A DNA stretch of 63,456 nt, filler included, from Guillardia theta CCMP2712 (taxonomy: Eukaryota > Protista > Cryptophyta), in the NCBI RefSeq assembly GCF_000315625.1. It is 7 parts of 7 records of this genome, joined end to end, with 100 filler letters (N's around TTAATTAATTAA, not from the genome) between each part and the next. Parts side by side here need not be neighbours in the genome. Positions count along the whole stretch, not along the records: positions 24,541 to 52,617 come from NW_005434607.1; 6 more parts are not named here. One strand, written 5' to 3'. The first letter of the stretch is position 1. Each line of letters begins with the position of its first letter. Of this stretch, positions 36,454 through 47,983 are shown piece after piece. Under the pieces are notes generated by a model that was given only the letters and a program-made list of their open reading frames with translations, searched no databases and had not been told where the DNA came from. A program made the position numbers and the translations under genes.

Positions 36454-38624
36454 ATGCTCGCTATAGCGCTGAGAGGCTCCAAAACTCTTGGGAGCAAGCT
36501 CACCTCGTCTATCGTCGTTCGGAGGTGCGCAGCTACAGCTCCCAAGGAGGGCAGGCGATGGTTGCAAATCTCCACCACGAACTCCAACATGGACTTCAGC
36601 ATCGCAGGGCAGGCGAAGGAAGGGAGGTCGGCATTCCTTGATAACCAGAGCACAACAGCAATGGATCCTCGCGTGCTTGACGCCATGATGCCTTTGCTGA
36701 CCTGGCAGTACGGCAACCCCCACAGCAGGTCGCATCACTACGGGTGGGAAGCAGAGGAGCTAGTGGAAGAGGCTCGCGGGCATGTTGCGAAGTTGATCGG
36801 AGCCGACGCCAAGGAGATCGTGTTCACGAGTGGAGCGACCGAGTGCAACAACATGGCAGTGAAGGGAGTGGCTCGGTTCTACGGAGCCAAGAAGAAGCAC
36901 ATCATCACGACTCAGACTGAGCACAAGTGCGTGCTCGACTCCTGCCGCGTGCTCCAGAACGAGGGCTTCGAGATCACCTACCTGCCGGTGCAGGCCAACG
37001 GCCTGATCAACCTGGACACGCTGCGAGCTGCGATCAGACCGGATACGGCGCTGGTGTCAGTCATGGCGGTGAACAACGAGATTGGAGTGATCCAGCCCAT
37101 GGTGGAGATCGGGAAGATCTGCCGGGAGAACAAGGTGTTCTTCCATTCGGACATCGCACAGGCAGCAGGCAAGATTGACGTCAACGTCAACGAGTGGAAT
37201 CTGGACCTCGCGTCCATCTCCGGTCACAAGATTTATGGACCCAAGGGCGTCGGAGCGCTGTACATCCGCCGCCGTCCTCGCGTGAGGTGGGACGTTGCTG
37301 CAAGTTGTCAGTCTGGAGATGAGTGGGAGTGAAGGTGTAAGGGTGTGAAGAAATTATGGGACAAGAAAGCGAGGAGGCAGGATAGATAGAGACGAGAGGA
37401 GAAAGGAAAGCATGAGGGAGAGGGAAGCATGAGGGAGAGCTATTTCAGAATCAAATTGAGTACCCACCCGTTAATGGTAGCGGAGCTTTTACAGCAGATA
37501 CTAGAGGTGCAACTGAGAGATTTCTTTTGATGCCTTTGTCAACTTGTCTCAGAACTTTGCCCTTGACCCCTTGTGCAGGATTGAGCCGATCATCAGCGGA
37601 GGTGGACAAGAGCGCGGGCTCAGGAGCGGCACTGTGCCTGCTCCTCTTGCTGTTGGCTTGGGTGCGGCCGCCAGGATCGCGCTGGAGGAGAGGGAAAGGG
37701 ACTACGCTCATGCTAAGCGGCTTTCAGAAAAGATGTATGCTCCTAGCTCCCCGAATTCCCTTCCTCTTGCTGCTAGCAGAACCCCTCGTTGCGCATGCTT
37801 CTTGACTCTTGGCTCCTCCAACCCGTTTCTGCTCTTGTCTCATGAGTTCTGGAAGGTACAAGGCCGTCATGCAGCGAGTGCCCCATGTCACCCTGAACGG
37901 TGATCCTGAGTCGCGCTATCCTGGTAGGAAGAGGAGGAAGAGCAACGGAGGACCTGGCCAGGTGCTCACAGTCCCCACAGGAAACCTCAACCTCTCCTTC
38001 GCCTATGTGGAGGGCGAGAGCCTCCTCATGGCCCTCAAGGTGCGCTCCTCTCCTCTCCGGACCTGTCAGTCTCACTGGGGAGCAGGAAGTCGCCGTCTCC
38101 TCCGGCTCCGCCTGCACCTCCGCCTCCCTCGAGCCCTCCTACGTCAGCCTTCCGAGCGAGCGCGACACGTTCCTGACAGTGTTTGCAGGTCCTGCGAGCG
38201 CTCGGGGTGGACGAGGACATGGCACACACGTCCATCAGGTTCGGTATCGGTCGCTTCACCACCGAGGAGGAGATCGACTACGCTGTCAACCTGGTGGAGA
38301 AGCACGTGCATAGGCTGAGAGAGATGTCGCCTCTGTGGGAGATGGTGCAGGTCGGCCCACCGTTGTGTTTCCCTCCTCTTTCGCCTCCTTCCCCTTGCCT
38401 TCTCTCTTTACCTCTCTCCTGCTGTCTTCTTGTCCTGTGTCCTCCTCTTTGCCTTCTGTCTTCTTCTCCTCCCTCCTCCTCTCCTTGCCCTCCCTGACAA
38501 TCTGCACTGCTCTTGTCCTTTCCGCTCGAACATGGACCTCTTCCTCCATGTGATTCTGTTCCGGTGCTGATTGGAAGCGCAGGAGGGGATCGATATCAAG
38601 AAGATCGAGTGGGTAGCGCACTAG
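36454..38624 (+). CDS. NFS1: Mitochondrial cysteine desulfurase, multi-exon
   Basis: [12 protein letters not shown]; GNPHSRSH; [10 protein letters not shown]; [12 protein letters not shown] (PLP Lys); [12 protein letters not shown]; [16 protein letters not shown]; ends [11 protein letters not shown]. Arg/Ser-rich presequence. Confidence 0.97.
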
Positions 38625-38868
38625 AGGGGACAGAGCTGAAGGAAGAAGGAAGAGGCGGTGGTGGAAGCAGTGGGTTGTGCAGGAGGAGGACGAGGATGAT
38701 GTTTTTCAGGACGGCCTTGTAAGAGAAAGAATGATCGTTTGCCTTGTCCGTCCCTCCATCTCCTTTCACAATCACACGGCTACATCAACGTAGAAGCATT
38801 TACAAGACATCTAGGAGCTTAAGAGTTGTTCCTCCACACCCCAACAAAGAGGTTCCCAGCTAAACTCT

Positions 38869-40108
38869 TCATCGCTTGAGAGGACCGACGCTCTCCACGT
38901 TCTTGATCACTTTCTCTGCCTGCTCAACTTCGTCATCCTCTCCATCCTCCTCCTCCTCCTCCTCCTCACCTTAGCCTTGATGCTGTCCCAGTTGCCGCTG
39001 GAGATGTCCTGCGGGTCGAAGAGAGGGGCGACGAGTCCGACGGAGGCAGCTCCCTTCTGAAGGAACTCGTGCGCGTTGTTCAAGTCAACTCCCGACTGCC
39101 AGGCAGCGTCAGGGGCAGACCGCAGAGGATGAGCCGAAGTATGAGAAGGGTAGAGGGAAGGAGGAGACGGCAGGGAGGAGGGGAGAGGGCGGGGGGAAGG
39201 GAGGGAGTCTCACGGTGGGGTTGATCTTGAGCATGGGAAGGGCGGCAGAAACTGCCTTGACAAAGTCGGGTCCACCGGCGACTCCAGGGAACAACTTCTG
39301 GATGGGGGCTCCGGCCTGATGAAGATTCAAACATCTATCCTCTGCCCCCCTCTCTCCTCCTCTCCCCTCCTCTTGCAACTTCACACACCTTGTAGGCCTG
39401 GTAGAGCTCAGTCGGGGTGCAGCATCCTGGGATGCAAACCACGTTGCGGGTGCGGCACCAGGTGACAACCTGCAGTGTCTGGCGGTCAACGGAGAAGAAG
39501 GGGGCGACAGGGGCAGCGGGGACCTCAGGGACGAGGACGGGAGCGACGATGAACTCAGCTCCAGCATCGAGCGCGTTCTGGGCATCCTCGATGTCCATGA
39601 TGGTACCGCAGCCGATCATGACCTTGCCGTCGTACTTCTTGCGGAAGTCGGCGACGGCGTCGAGGCACTTGGGGGTGGTAAGGGTGAACTCGACGATCTT
39701 GAAGCCTCCGTCAATGGCTGCCTGCATGGCCTTGGGAGCCGCTTCCGCCGTCGGGGTACGGAGCACAGCGCATGCACGGTGCTGCGGCAGCGAGTGAACA
39801 TCACGTAGGCGAAGAGAGGAGTTCATCATCGATCTTCCTCTGCGTCCCCATCCCCTTCCTCTACCTCCCTCCCACATCATAACAGCAAAACGTGCGAGAT
39901 CCAGTGGTTCCAAGCATCATCATCAAAGACCTCTAACAACTCTCACCTGCGCAAAACGGTCCAAGACGCTCTCGAAGGTCTTGGGGGTCATACCCCATCG
40001 GCTCTGGTCGGCCGCACGCTCGCCGTACGAGCGAACCTGGGGAGCCGAGGCCTTAACGGCCAAGGAACGGACGGCATTGAGAGCAGAGGAGCGTCGCAGA
40101 GCAATCAT
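38869..40108 (-). CDS. KDPG/KHG (Eda-family) class I aldolase with mitochondrial-type presequence, 6 exons
   Basis: CAVLR...GGFKIVEFTLTTP...IGCGT...AGAEFIVAP...IPGCCTPTE..AGAPIQKLFP...INPT/SGV. N-terminus MIALRRSSALNAVRSLAVKASAPQVRSY. Confidence 0.92.
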
Positions 40109-41528
40109 GTCGAGGTTGGGACTGCAGCAAGGGGACGTCAGCTTGTCATGCCGCCAAGAAACACCATCCTCCACATGGAGAACGCAAACTCCCTTGCCTC
40201 CCTCGTTCGCTACATGCTCTCTGAGCGTTTGTCCTCTCTGTCCTTGCCCTCAACGCCCCTTGTTTCCTTAGCCCACTCCTACCTTGTAACTCCTCCGTTG
40301 TGGTTTCCATCTTACCAGGGCATGTCAGCCCTTCTCTTCTACCATCTTCTTCTCTTTCTCCTCCTCTCATTGTAGTTCACTTCTCCTACCCCCATCCCTC
40401 CCCCTCTCATCTTCTTCTCGCTCCTCTTCTCCATCGTCCCCCATCCTGTCCTTTCCCCTCACGCATAAAGGATCCGTGTAAATCGTGCGAACCAAAACCC
40501 AAATAATTTCCAAAGTAACCATCACTTATTCAATTTTAGGAGGATATTTTTACAGTATTCGTCCCCAAACCGCCGTCAGAAAAATAAAACGGGATATCTA
40601 AAAAGTTAGATATTACTTTAAATAAATTTAAGTTTAAAACAAATCAGTACCAGTGGACAGCTTTGAAAACATTTTTCCCTGCGGACTGCACAGTGATGCA
40701 AGCAAAGTCAATAAACATTTTATCATGATATACAATATTATAAATCCTTTTACACAACCACTTTACAGCTCTGGCCCCTCCCCCTCAGGGGCATGAGAGC
40801 AAAGGCAGAACCCTCCAGGGATCATTGACTATGAGCGCATATAGTCCACTCCCTCCCTCTACCTTTTGACCGTTTCCGGTTCGCCTAGCCTAAGAGACAT
40901 ATTGAGGCGGACTCGTTGGCCATTCCACTCGTGATATTTAAAAACATTTGTATGATATCATTTTAAAATGCTTCATTTGTAGGCAAAAGCAAACTCATTT
41001 CAATACAGAAACATATTACTTTTATCCGAAGCATGGTATCAATTCTGTACCATTTCATTTGTTAAAAGTATTTTTGCTAGTCAGTTATAAAGGGGGGGCC
41101 GCCACGTCCAACCGAGGACAGCATGCTCTCTTTTGCCCGGTGAGATTCTCAGAAGGAGGGAGGAAGGAGGGAGTGAGGGCAGTAACGGAGGGTGAGAAGA
41201 AGGGACAGAGAAGTCGAGGAGCAGGAGAAGGATAAAGAGGAGGATTGGGAAGTGCAGTAAGCGAGTAAGACTGAAATCCGAGAACATTTCCAACGCCTCT
41301 TGTTTGATTGATTCCTACTCATGCGCACTTTTTGGCGATGGTGGTGGCTGCTGATACCTGTTGAATTGAGAGTGTATACCAAAAATCTTTGAGCTTGATG
41401 TTATATTACAATCCGAGAATCACTGGGACTTCGCTCACCTGACTATCTCGATCACTCGTGTGCTTGCGATCATGTGGTGGATAGAGTGATCATGATGCGG
41501 CAGTCTTTTTCTGACAAGTTGGACTAGA

Positions 41529-42622
41529 TCTGCTAGCCGCGCTATCGCTGGCCAGGCCTGCCGCCAAGTCGCCCGCTCGAGCTCTGCTCAGGCAGTGAAG
41601 GCTTTCCCCTCCTTTGCCACCAAGCGCTTCGCCACTGGTCCTGCTGCGTCCCCCACCACCGTCAGCGATGAGCTCTTGGAGAAGCTCTCCAAGCTCTCCA
41701 CCCAGGTGAATCAGCGAGACGAGCAACAGGCAGGGCTGATGCGCTCGCAGGGCCTCATCGATGGTCTGTGGGTCATGGGCTGGCCGTCCAGCTACATCGA
41801 GGGAGCAAGGTAATTCACCCTCTTCGTCGGATCCTGCTCCTCACAGCGTCGTCACAGACCTCTCGCCAAGGGCATGAAGTGTGCGGGAAGAGCTGTCACT
41901 GTCCGCTTCGTCCCCCAGCGCCCTGACATCGGCACCGACAAGCCCGGCGGCGAGAACTCCCCCGAGTACGAGGCCTTCGAGAAGTGCGACAACAAGACTG
42001 TAAGCCCGCACAAGACTTCCCCCGTCTCGTGCCCTTGACACCACATGCAGGTCCTCGTCATGTCCTCCGTTGGCCCGTGGGAGTCCGTTGGAGGAGACAT
42101 CAAGTTCCTCCGCCTCAAGCAGCGCAACGTGAGCTCTCGTGCATAGACTTGGCTCTGCTCTGACCGCTACTGACAGGTCGGAGGCCTCGTGACCGACGGA
42201 TCTGTCCGTGACACTGATACCATGATCGGTATATGAGGCCTCGAAGATTTGCTACAGCTTGTTGACATACTCTCCTTGCAGGCTATGGCATCCCCACCTT
42301 CTCCTTCTCCACCACCGCCAAGCAGGGGCCTGCTGCCATGCAGCCCTGGGAGTGCAACGGTGTCATCAACTGTGGTGGTGTCGTTGTTCGCCCCGGCGAC
42401 GTTATCGTCGGTGATCAGGACGGAGTCGTCGTCGTCCCTGCCGCTGCCGCTCAGCAGGTCTACGACATTGCCCACAGCCGCGAGCAGATCGAGGAGGTTG
42501 TGAAGGCTCAGCTCGAGATCGAGAAGTGCCCTCCCGGCAAGTACTACCCTTTCATGAGCGGAAAGATCAAGCCCGACTCCCCCCTCGGCAAGCTCCTCAC
42601 CAGCAAGGGCATCAAGTTCTAA
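41529..42622 (+). CDS. RraA-like / HMG-CHA class II aldolase family protein with mitochondrial-type presequence, multi-exon (start codon uncertain)
   Basis: AGRAVTVRFVP; GGDI; GGLVTDGSVRD; CGGVVVRPGDVIVGDQDGVVVVP. N-terminal SASRAIAGQACRQVARSSS...ATKRFAT. Confidence 0.9.
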
Positions 42623-43252
42623 ACCGCTCTCTATCTTGTAGAAAAGTAACCCTGTAGATGGATTATTCTTGATTTCGCTGAAACTAGTTTTGGAGTATAT
42701 GTAGTTTCGTATATTCACACTGAAGGCGCTCAATTTCACTTTTGGACCATACGCTCAGTCAGGAGGAGAATGGCGGGCTCCTCCGAAACTTGACTTACTC
42801 CCGGCGTCACGGACGGTGACGGCTCGGCCGTGGCGGGCGCCGGGAAGGCTCCAGTGAGACCGTCAGACGGTGTCACTGATATGCGTGACTGGGTCACCGG
42901 TGATGAGGGCCGTCACATCCGATGGTAATGGACCGTACTCGATGATACTGAGGGCGGCCGGTGAATGGACTCTCAGTCTGGCGGCCCGGCCGGCCCGGCC
43001 GGCGCCGCTGACGTCACCAACGGCTCATAACCTATCGGAGGCAGATATTTCTTTTACAGCTCAAAAAAGACCAAATTTCTACACGTGCATAAAAGCCGAA
43101 AGTGAGTTGTTTCGCATTTTCAGCTTGAATCGAATCAAATCCGAGTCAAGGAGGTGATACCAAGGTTTGAATCGACTTTTACACAAGTTCAAATCGGTTC
43201 AAACCGTAACATATAAAGAGGTGAGGAGAGGACGTGGGGAGGAACTGCGAAG

Positions 43253-45119
43253 ATGCTGTCCATGCTCAGAGTGTCGCCTGCGCAAGCGCTGATCAAGAGG
43301 GCGAACTTCGCGTCCTGGTCGCAGAGAGGACTTGCCAGCGTCCCATCGACCATGAAGGCAAGACGTCCTGCTCCTCCTTGGCCTCTCTTGCGGAGCTTGC
43401 CGCTGATGGTTGTTCCTCCAGGCGATGGTGGTGAGCCAAGTGGGACCTGCTGATGCTCTCAAGCTGGACAGCAAGCATCCTGTTCCCGCCATCAGCGATG
43501 GTCAGGTCTTGGTCAAGAATGAGTTCGCTGGTATCAACTTCATCGACACCTATCATCGAAGTGGTCTGTATAAGCGTGATCTCCCCTTCATCTGCGGACA
43601 GGTATAAAAGACATTTAGCGCACCAGTCGTGAGCAAAGCATTCATTGTTCTTGCAGGAAGGAGGAGGGTACATTGCTCAGACTACACCTAAGGTAATCCT
43701 TTGCCCTTGTGAAGCTTCTTGGTAACCCGATGGTTCTGGTCAGGCTGAGGCCCAAGGCTTCAAGGTCGGAGACAAGGTTGTCTATTCAATCCTCCAGACC
43801 TACTGCGAGTACTCCGCCGTGCCGTCTGCCAAGCTCCAGCCGGTTCCTGACAACGTCGGCCTCGATGTTGCCACTTCCTGCGTTGTGCAGGTCGGCTCTT
43901 TGGCCATGTTTGTCTGCGTTTCCTTGTCCTTTGGGGGGATGTGTTTCACGTTTTCACGCGTGCTGAGACTGGTCACAGGGAATGACTGCTCACTACTTGG
44001 TCAGCGATGCTCATGCTCAGGTGATGCCGTATCTTGGGGCATACGGCCTGGGCCTCACATCTGCTGGCAGCTGATCAAGCCCGGCGAGTGGTGCCTTATC
44101 CATGGCGTCGGCGGTGGCACCTGCCAGTGGGCGGCTCAGGTTTGCGATTGGGACGGGAAGGATGGAGGGAGAGAAATTGAGTGTTTCACGATCAGATGGC
44201 AAAGTTGAGGGGCTACAAGGTTATCGGCACCACCTCCAAGAGCAAGGAGGTGACCCGTCCCATCTCCGCTCCCTCCCCATCCTTCGCTGACTCGATGCTT
44301 CAGGCCGTCGGCCGCTCCACGGGTTGCGATGAGCTCATCGTGCTCGACGAGGTTCCCGGAACCAGCTACGAGGACTACACGAGGTTTCTTCAGCCCTTCC
44401 TCCCGATCTTGTCGCACGTTCCTTTCCCGCGCAGTATCTTCTTTGTTTGCTTCACTTCCCCGCCTTGAACATTTTGTTGTCTTCACGAACTCTTCTGATT
44501 TTCTCCCGCGCAGCGTCGACGTCGTCAAGCGTGTTCTCGAGATCACCAACGGGGTCGGTGTCAAGTGCGTTGTTGACGGCATCGGCAAGAACACTGTCGA
44601 CATTTCCATCGACTCCCTGGCCAGGTGAGAGGAGAGAGGCTGTGTTCTTGCCCATGAGCTGCCTCCCCTTGCCCTCCTCGCTGTCCTCCATGCTTCCTCT
44701 TCATCCTCAGGTAGTTTGACTAGCTCCTCGTAGACGCGGCATCTTTGTCTCCTTCGGAAACGCCTCTGGAGCCGTGCCTGCCTTCCCTGTCCTCCGCCTC
44801 ATCAACAAGTCGGCCTACGTGACCAGGTCACTTAGAGGATGCGGGAGTGTGTGCAGGTGATGGAAACGTTCAGGCCGAAGCTCCTCGACTACACCACGGA
44901 CAGGCAGGAGATGCTTTACCGATCCAACGAGATTTTCAAGTGGTTGGGAGATGGCAAGCTCAAGGTCTCCGTCGACAAGGTCTACGCCCTCGACAAGGTC
45001 CTTCAAGACTCTTGCGCAAGTCTGCAGGATGCTGATGCTTCTTCTTTCGGCAGGCTGCTGAGGCCCACGAGTACCTCGAGGCTGGCAAAAGCACGGGCAA
45101 GGTTTTGTTGAAGATCTAG
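43253..45119 (+). CDS. NADPH:quinone oxidoreductase (Qor/Zta1-like MDR) with mitochondrial-type presequence, ~12 exons, first intron GC-AG (43358-43421)
   Basis: AGINFIDTYHRSGLY; QGMTAHYL; LIHGVGGG; VVDGIGK; VSFGNASG; AAEAHEYLEAGKSTGKVLL. TATA-like catataaag at ~43210. Confidence 0.93.
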
Positions 45120-45388
45120 GTGTATGGTAGGCGTATTGGAGGCTTTCAATGAAAGACAAGGAGTTAGAGAGAATGCAGGAGCAAGCAAGAGGCCGGAGGG
45201 GGGTGGGGAAAGGCTTTAAAACATCGCAACAAGTCATGTCCGATATGTTTGCACAGGCATCCAGCGAGCCGAGACATGTTGGTAGACTTCTCCTCCCGCC
45301 GCCATCCCAGCCATCGTCTCCTCCTCCTCCTCCTCCTCCTCCTCCTACTCCTCTCTGCATCTCCACCTGGACCCTATCGCCTTGTTCC

Positions 45389-46476
45389 CTAGTGCTCGAT
45401 GACGAGGATCACCTTCCCCGTCGTCCCCATCTTGTGCTCGATCACCTCTACGTGACTCTCCGCCGCCTCCGACAGGGGAAACTTCACCCCAGCCACGGGC
45501 TTGATCGAGCCCTTTTCCAGCCTCTCCTGGATGCCGTCAAAGACAGACTGAAGCTCTTCCGGGGAACCCAGGCCCAGCAGCCCGACGATGTTCCCTTCCG
45601 TCGTCATGAGGGAGCGCGGGTTGATCTCCACACTTCCCCTGCTCCCGATGATCACCACCGTCCCGTTCTTCTTCAGCAGCTTCAGGTCCTTGTCGAGGTT
45701 TGCATGTGCCGCCATCTCCAAGATGACGTCGGCTCCCTTCTTCTCCGGCGTCATCGCCAGGACCTCCTCCATGTACCCCTCCTGGTTGTGCAGCACAGCG
45801 TACGCCCCTTGGGAGCGGATCAGCTCGAGTCCAGCTGGCGTCCCGGCTGTCCCAACGACGGTGCACCCATGGCTGATGGCAAGCTGTATCGCAGCTATCC
45901 CGACGCCTCCTGACGCGCCATGCACGAAGACCACGGAGCCTGGCTTGGTAGCGACCCTTGTGAACAAGGCTCTGTACGCCGTCCTGTACACAACCCCGAT
46001 GCCCGCGCCCTGCTCGAAGGACACTGCCTCCGGGAGCAGATGGACGTCGGTGAGGTTCGCAGTGCAGTACTGGGCGTACGTTCCTGTCACGCTCCCGCTG
46101 AGCCAGACTCTGTCCCCCTCACGAAACTGGGTCACCCCCTCCCCGACTGCATGAATGATTCCAGCGCCGTCCGTCCCTGGTGTGTAAGGGAGCTGAGGAA
46201 GCTGAGCATAGACTCCTGCTCTCTTGTACGTGTCCACCGCTGTAGAGCAAGAGCATCATGTCAGCCCGTCATCAAGTACACAGCGCAACAACTCTTCATT
46301 CCTCCCCTAGCTACCTCTCCCTCCCTCCCTCCCCTTCTCCCTGCTCTCCACTCACGGTTGATGCCGGCGGCGAAGAGCTTGACGCAGACCTGGCTCTTGC
46401 CGGGGGAGGGGATGGGAAGCTCTGCGATCTTCAGCTCCTCGGGGCCTCCAAACGACTGAACGCTCACTGCCTGCAT
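45389..46476 (-). CDS. Zeta-crystallin-like NADPH:quinone reductase, 2 exons
   Basis: FGGPEEL...AAGINPVDTYKRAG...PYTPGTDGAG...YRTAYRAL...VHGASGGVGIAAIQLA...IGSRG..INPR..TTGKVIL. Confidence 0.93.
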
Positions 46477-46696
46477 GGTGAGGACAAGGGGGAGGGGGTG
46501 GGGGTCATTTTGTTCAGTAAAGTAGCCTAGAAGGAGGGGTGGTGGCAGAGGTCATGAGTCATATAAAGGCGTGCCGTCGGGGAGTCGAGTAAGGGAGAGG
46601 AGGAGAGGAGAGCGTGAGTGGAAGGTACAGAAGAGGACGAGAAGGAGCCACAAGCTTTCCTGATCCTTTAGCTCCTCTCACATCTCAATCGGAGGA

Positions 46697-47560
46697 ATGC
46701 TCAAGGGTCTGCTTCGACCAGCCCAGGCCATCGTTCCTCGGACCTCAAGAATGCTCAGCTCGCAAACTCCACGTCCCACCAAGAGGATCACGATCGAGCT
46801 CGTCAGCGATACCATGTGACCCAACGGGTACATTGGAAAGCGCCACCTCTGGAACGCCATGAAGGAGGTACATTCGCATCCAATGTCGCCAGGGGATCCG
46901 CTGGGGTTCACCCTCATCCGGGTCCCCTTCTTCCTCGAGCCGGACTATCCGCGCGACGAGGAGTTCGGGGAGACGAACAGGGAGAGGCTGGTCCGCAAGT
47001 GGGGAGGGATCAGGGGTTGGGAGAGGCAGAAGCAGCAGCACAAGCTCAAGGAGCGCGGGCAGGAGGTGGGCATTGCGCACTTCAATCTGGACAGGATCGC
47101 CTCCAGCACCTTCAGGAGCCACCGGCTGGTGCAGTGGGTGACGAAGACGCGCGGTATCGTCGCGGCAGAGACGCTGTACGATCTGCTCAACTACCGGCAC
47201 TTCGAGGTAGGAGAGAAGCTCAACAGTACCCAGCTGCTCACGGACGCGGCGAGCAGAATCGGCATCGACAGGAAGGAGGTGGAGGACTTCTTGAGCTCGG
47301 AGGAGGGAACGAGAGAGATTCAGGAGGCGCAGCTTGCCCTGCGGAGGCTGAACATCAACAGCATCCCAACCTTCATGATCGGGGGAGAGTACATGTTCAG
47401 CGGGGCCCTCCACCACAAGGAGATGGTGCAGGTGTTCAGGGAGATCGAGAATGAGGGAGGAGCACCGGGCTCTTGCTTCGCTAAGATCCTTGGGATCGGC
47501 GAGGACGTGCTCGAGCAAACGATCGACCTTGACAAGCCGCCAAGATGGGAACAGGCATGA
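46697..47560 (+). CDS. DsbA/FrnE-family thioredoxin-fold selenoprotein, 287 aa, Sec at codon 41
   Basis: ATG 46697 MLKGLLRPAQAIVPRTSRML...ITIELVSDTM-U(46817-46819)-PNGYIGKRHL aligns with FrnE D..SD..CPWCYIGKRRL. It is in frame with the downstream PFFLEP...INSIPTF..SGA ORF. A SECIS follows. Confidence 0.9.
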
Positions 47561-47578
47561 TGGCATGGCACGGAGGAA

Positions 47579-47645
47579 CCTTTCGGATGACAGTTTGCTC
47601 GCAAAGCTCTCCATTCTCATGCACGAGCAAGCTCGAAGGTGAAGG
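47579..47645 (+). promoter_or_regulatory. SECIS element of the DsbA/FrnE selenoprotein gene
   Basis: ccuuu-cgg-AUGA(47587-90)-C-AGUUUGCUCG-c-AAA-gc...gca-CGAGCAAGCU-C-GA(47635-36)-A-ggu-gaagg: 10-bp helix, apical AAA and a lower helix. Confidence 0.9.
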
Positions 47646-47758
47646 ACTCTCGTGGGATGTGCATCTTTGCTTGAACCCGCAACAAGAATAAAACCCCCAA
47701 GGGAACCGCAGTCCCCCTGCCCTGCCATGAGCAGCAGCATACTCTGCCCCCTCCCCTC

Positions 47759-47983
47759 TCACTTCTTCTCCTCCTTCACGGGCTCGTTGACGTTGAGATG
47801 CGTATGCCCAGCGGGCAAGGGAAACCCGTCCACGGCCTCGGCGAACCTGACCACAACCTTGTCCGGGGAGATGTCGGCGCTCTTCACTGACGTCACTGCC
47901 TTGATGATAGCATCCGCCACCTCCTTCCTGACAGCAGCGTTCCTGCAAGCCTTGGGCAACCAGTTGACCATGATGAAAGGCAT
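47759..47983 (-). CDS. 4-oxalocrotonate tautomerase-superfamily protein (Pro-1), 74 aa
   Basis: M-PFIMVNWLPKACRNAAVRKEVADAIIKAV....ISPDKVVVRFAE: beta-alpha-beta size and N-terminal Pro. Confidence 0.75.
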   Translation of the reverse strand: MPFIMVNWLPKACRNAAVRKEVADAIIKAVTSVKSADISPDKVVVRFAEAVDGFPLPAGHTHLNVNEPVKEEKK

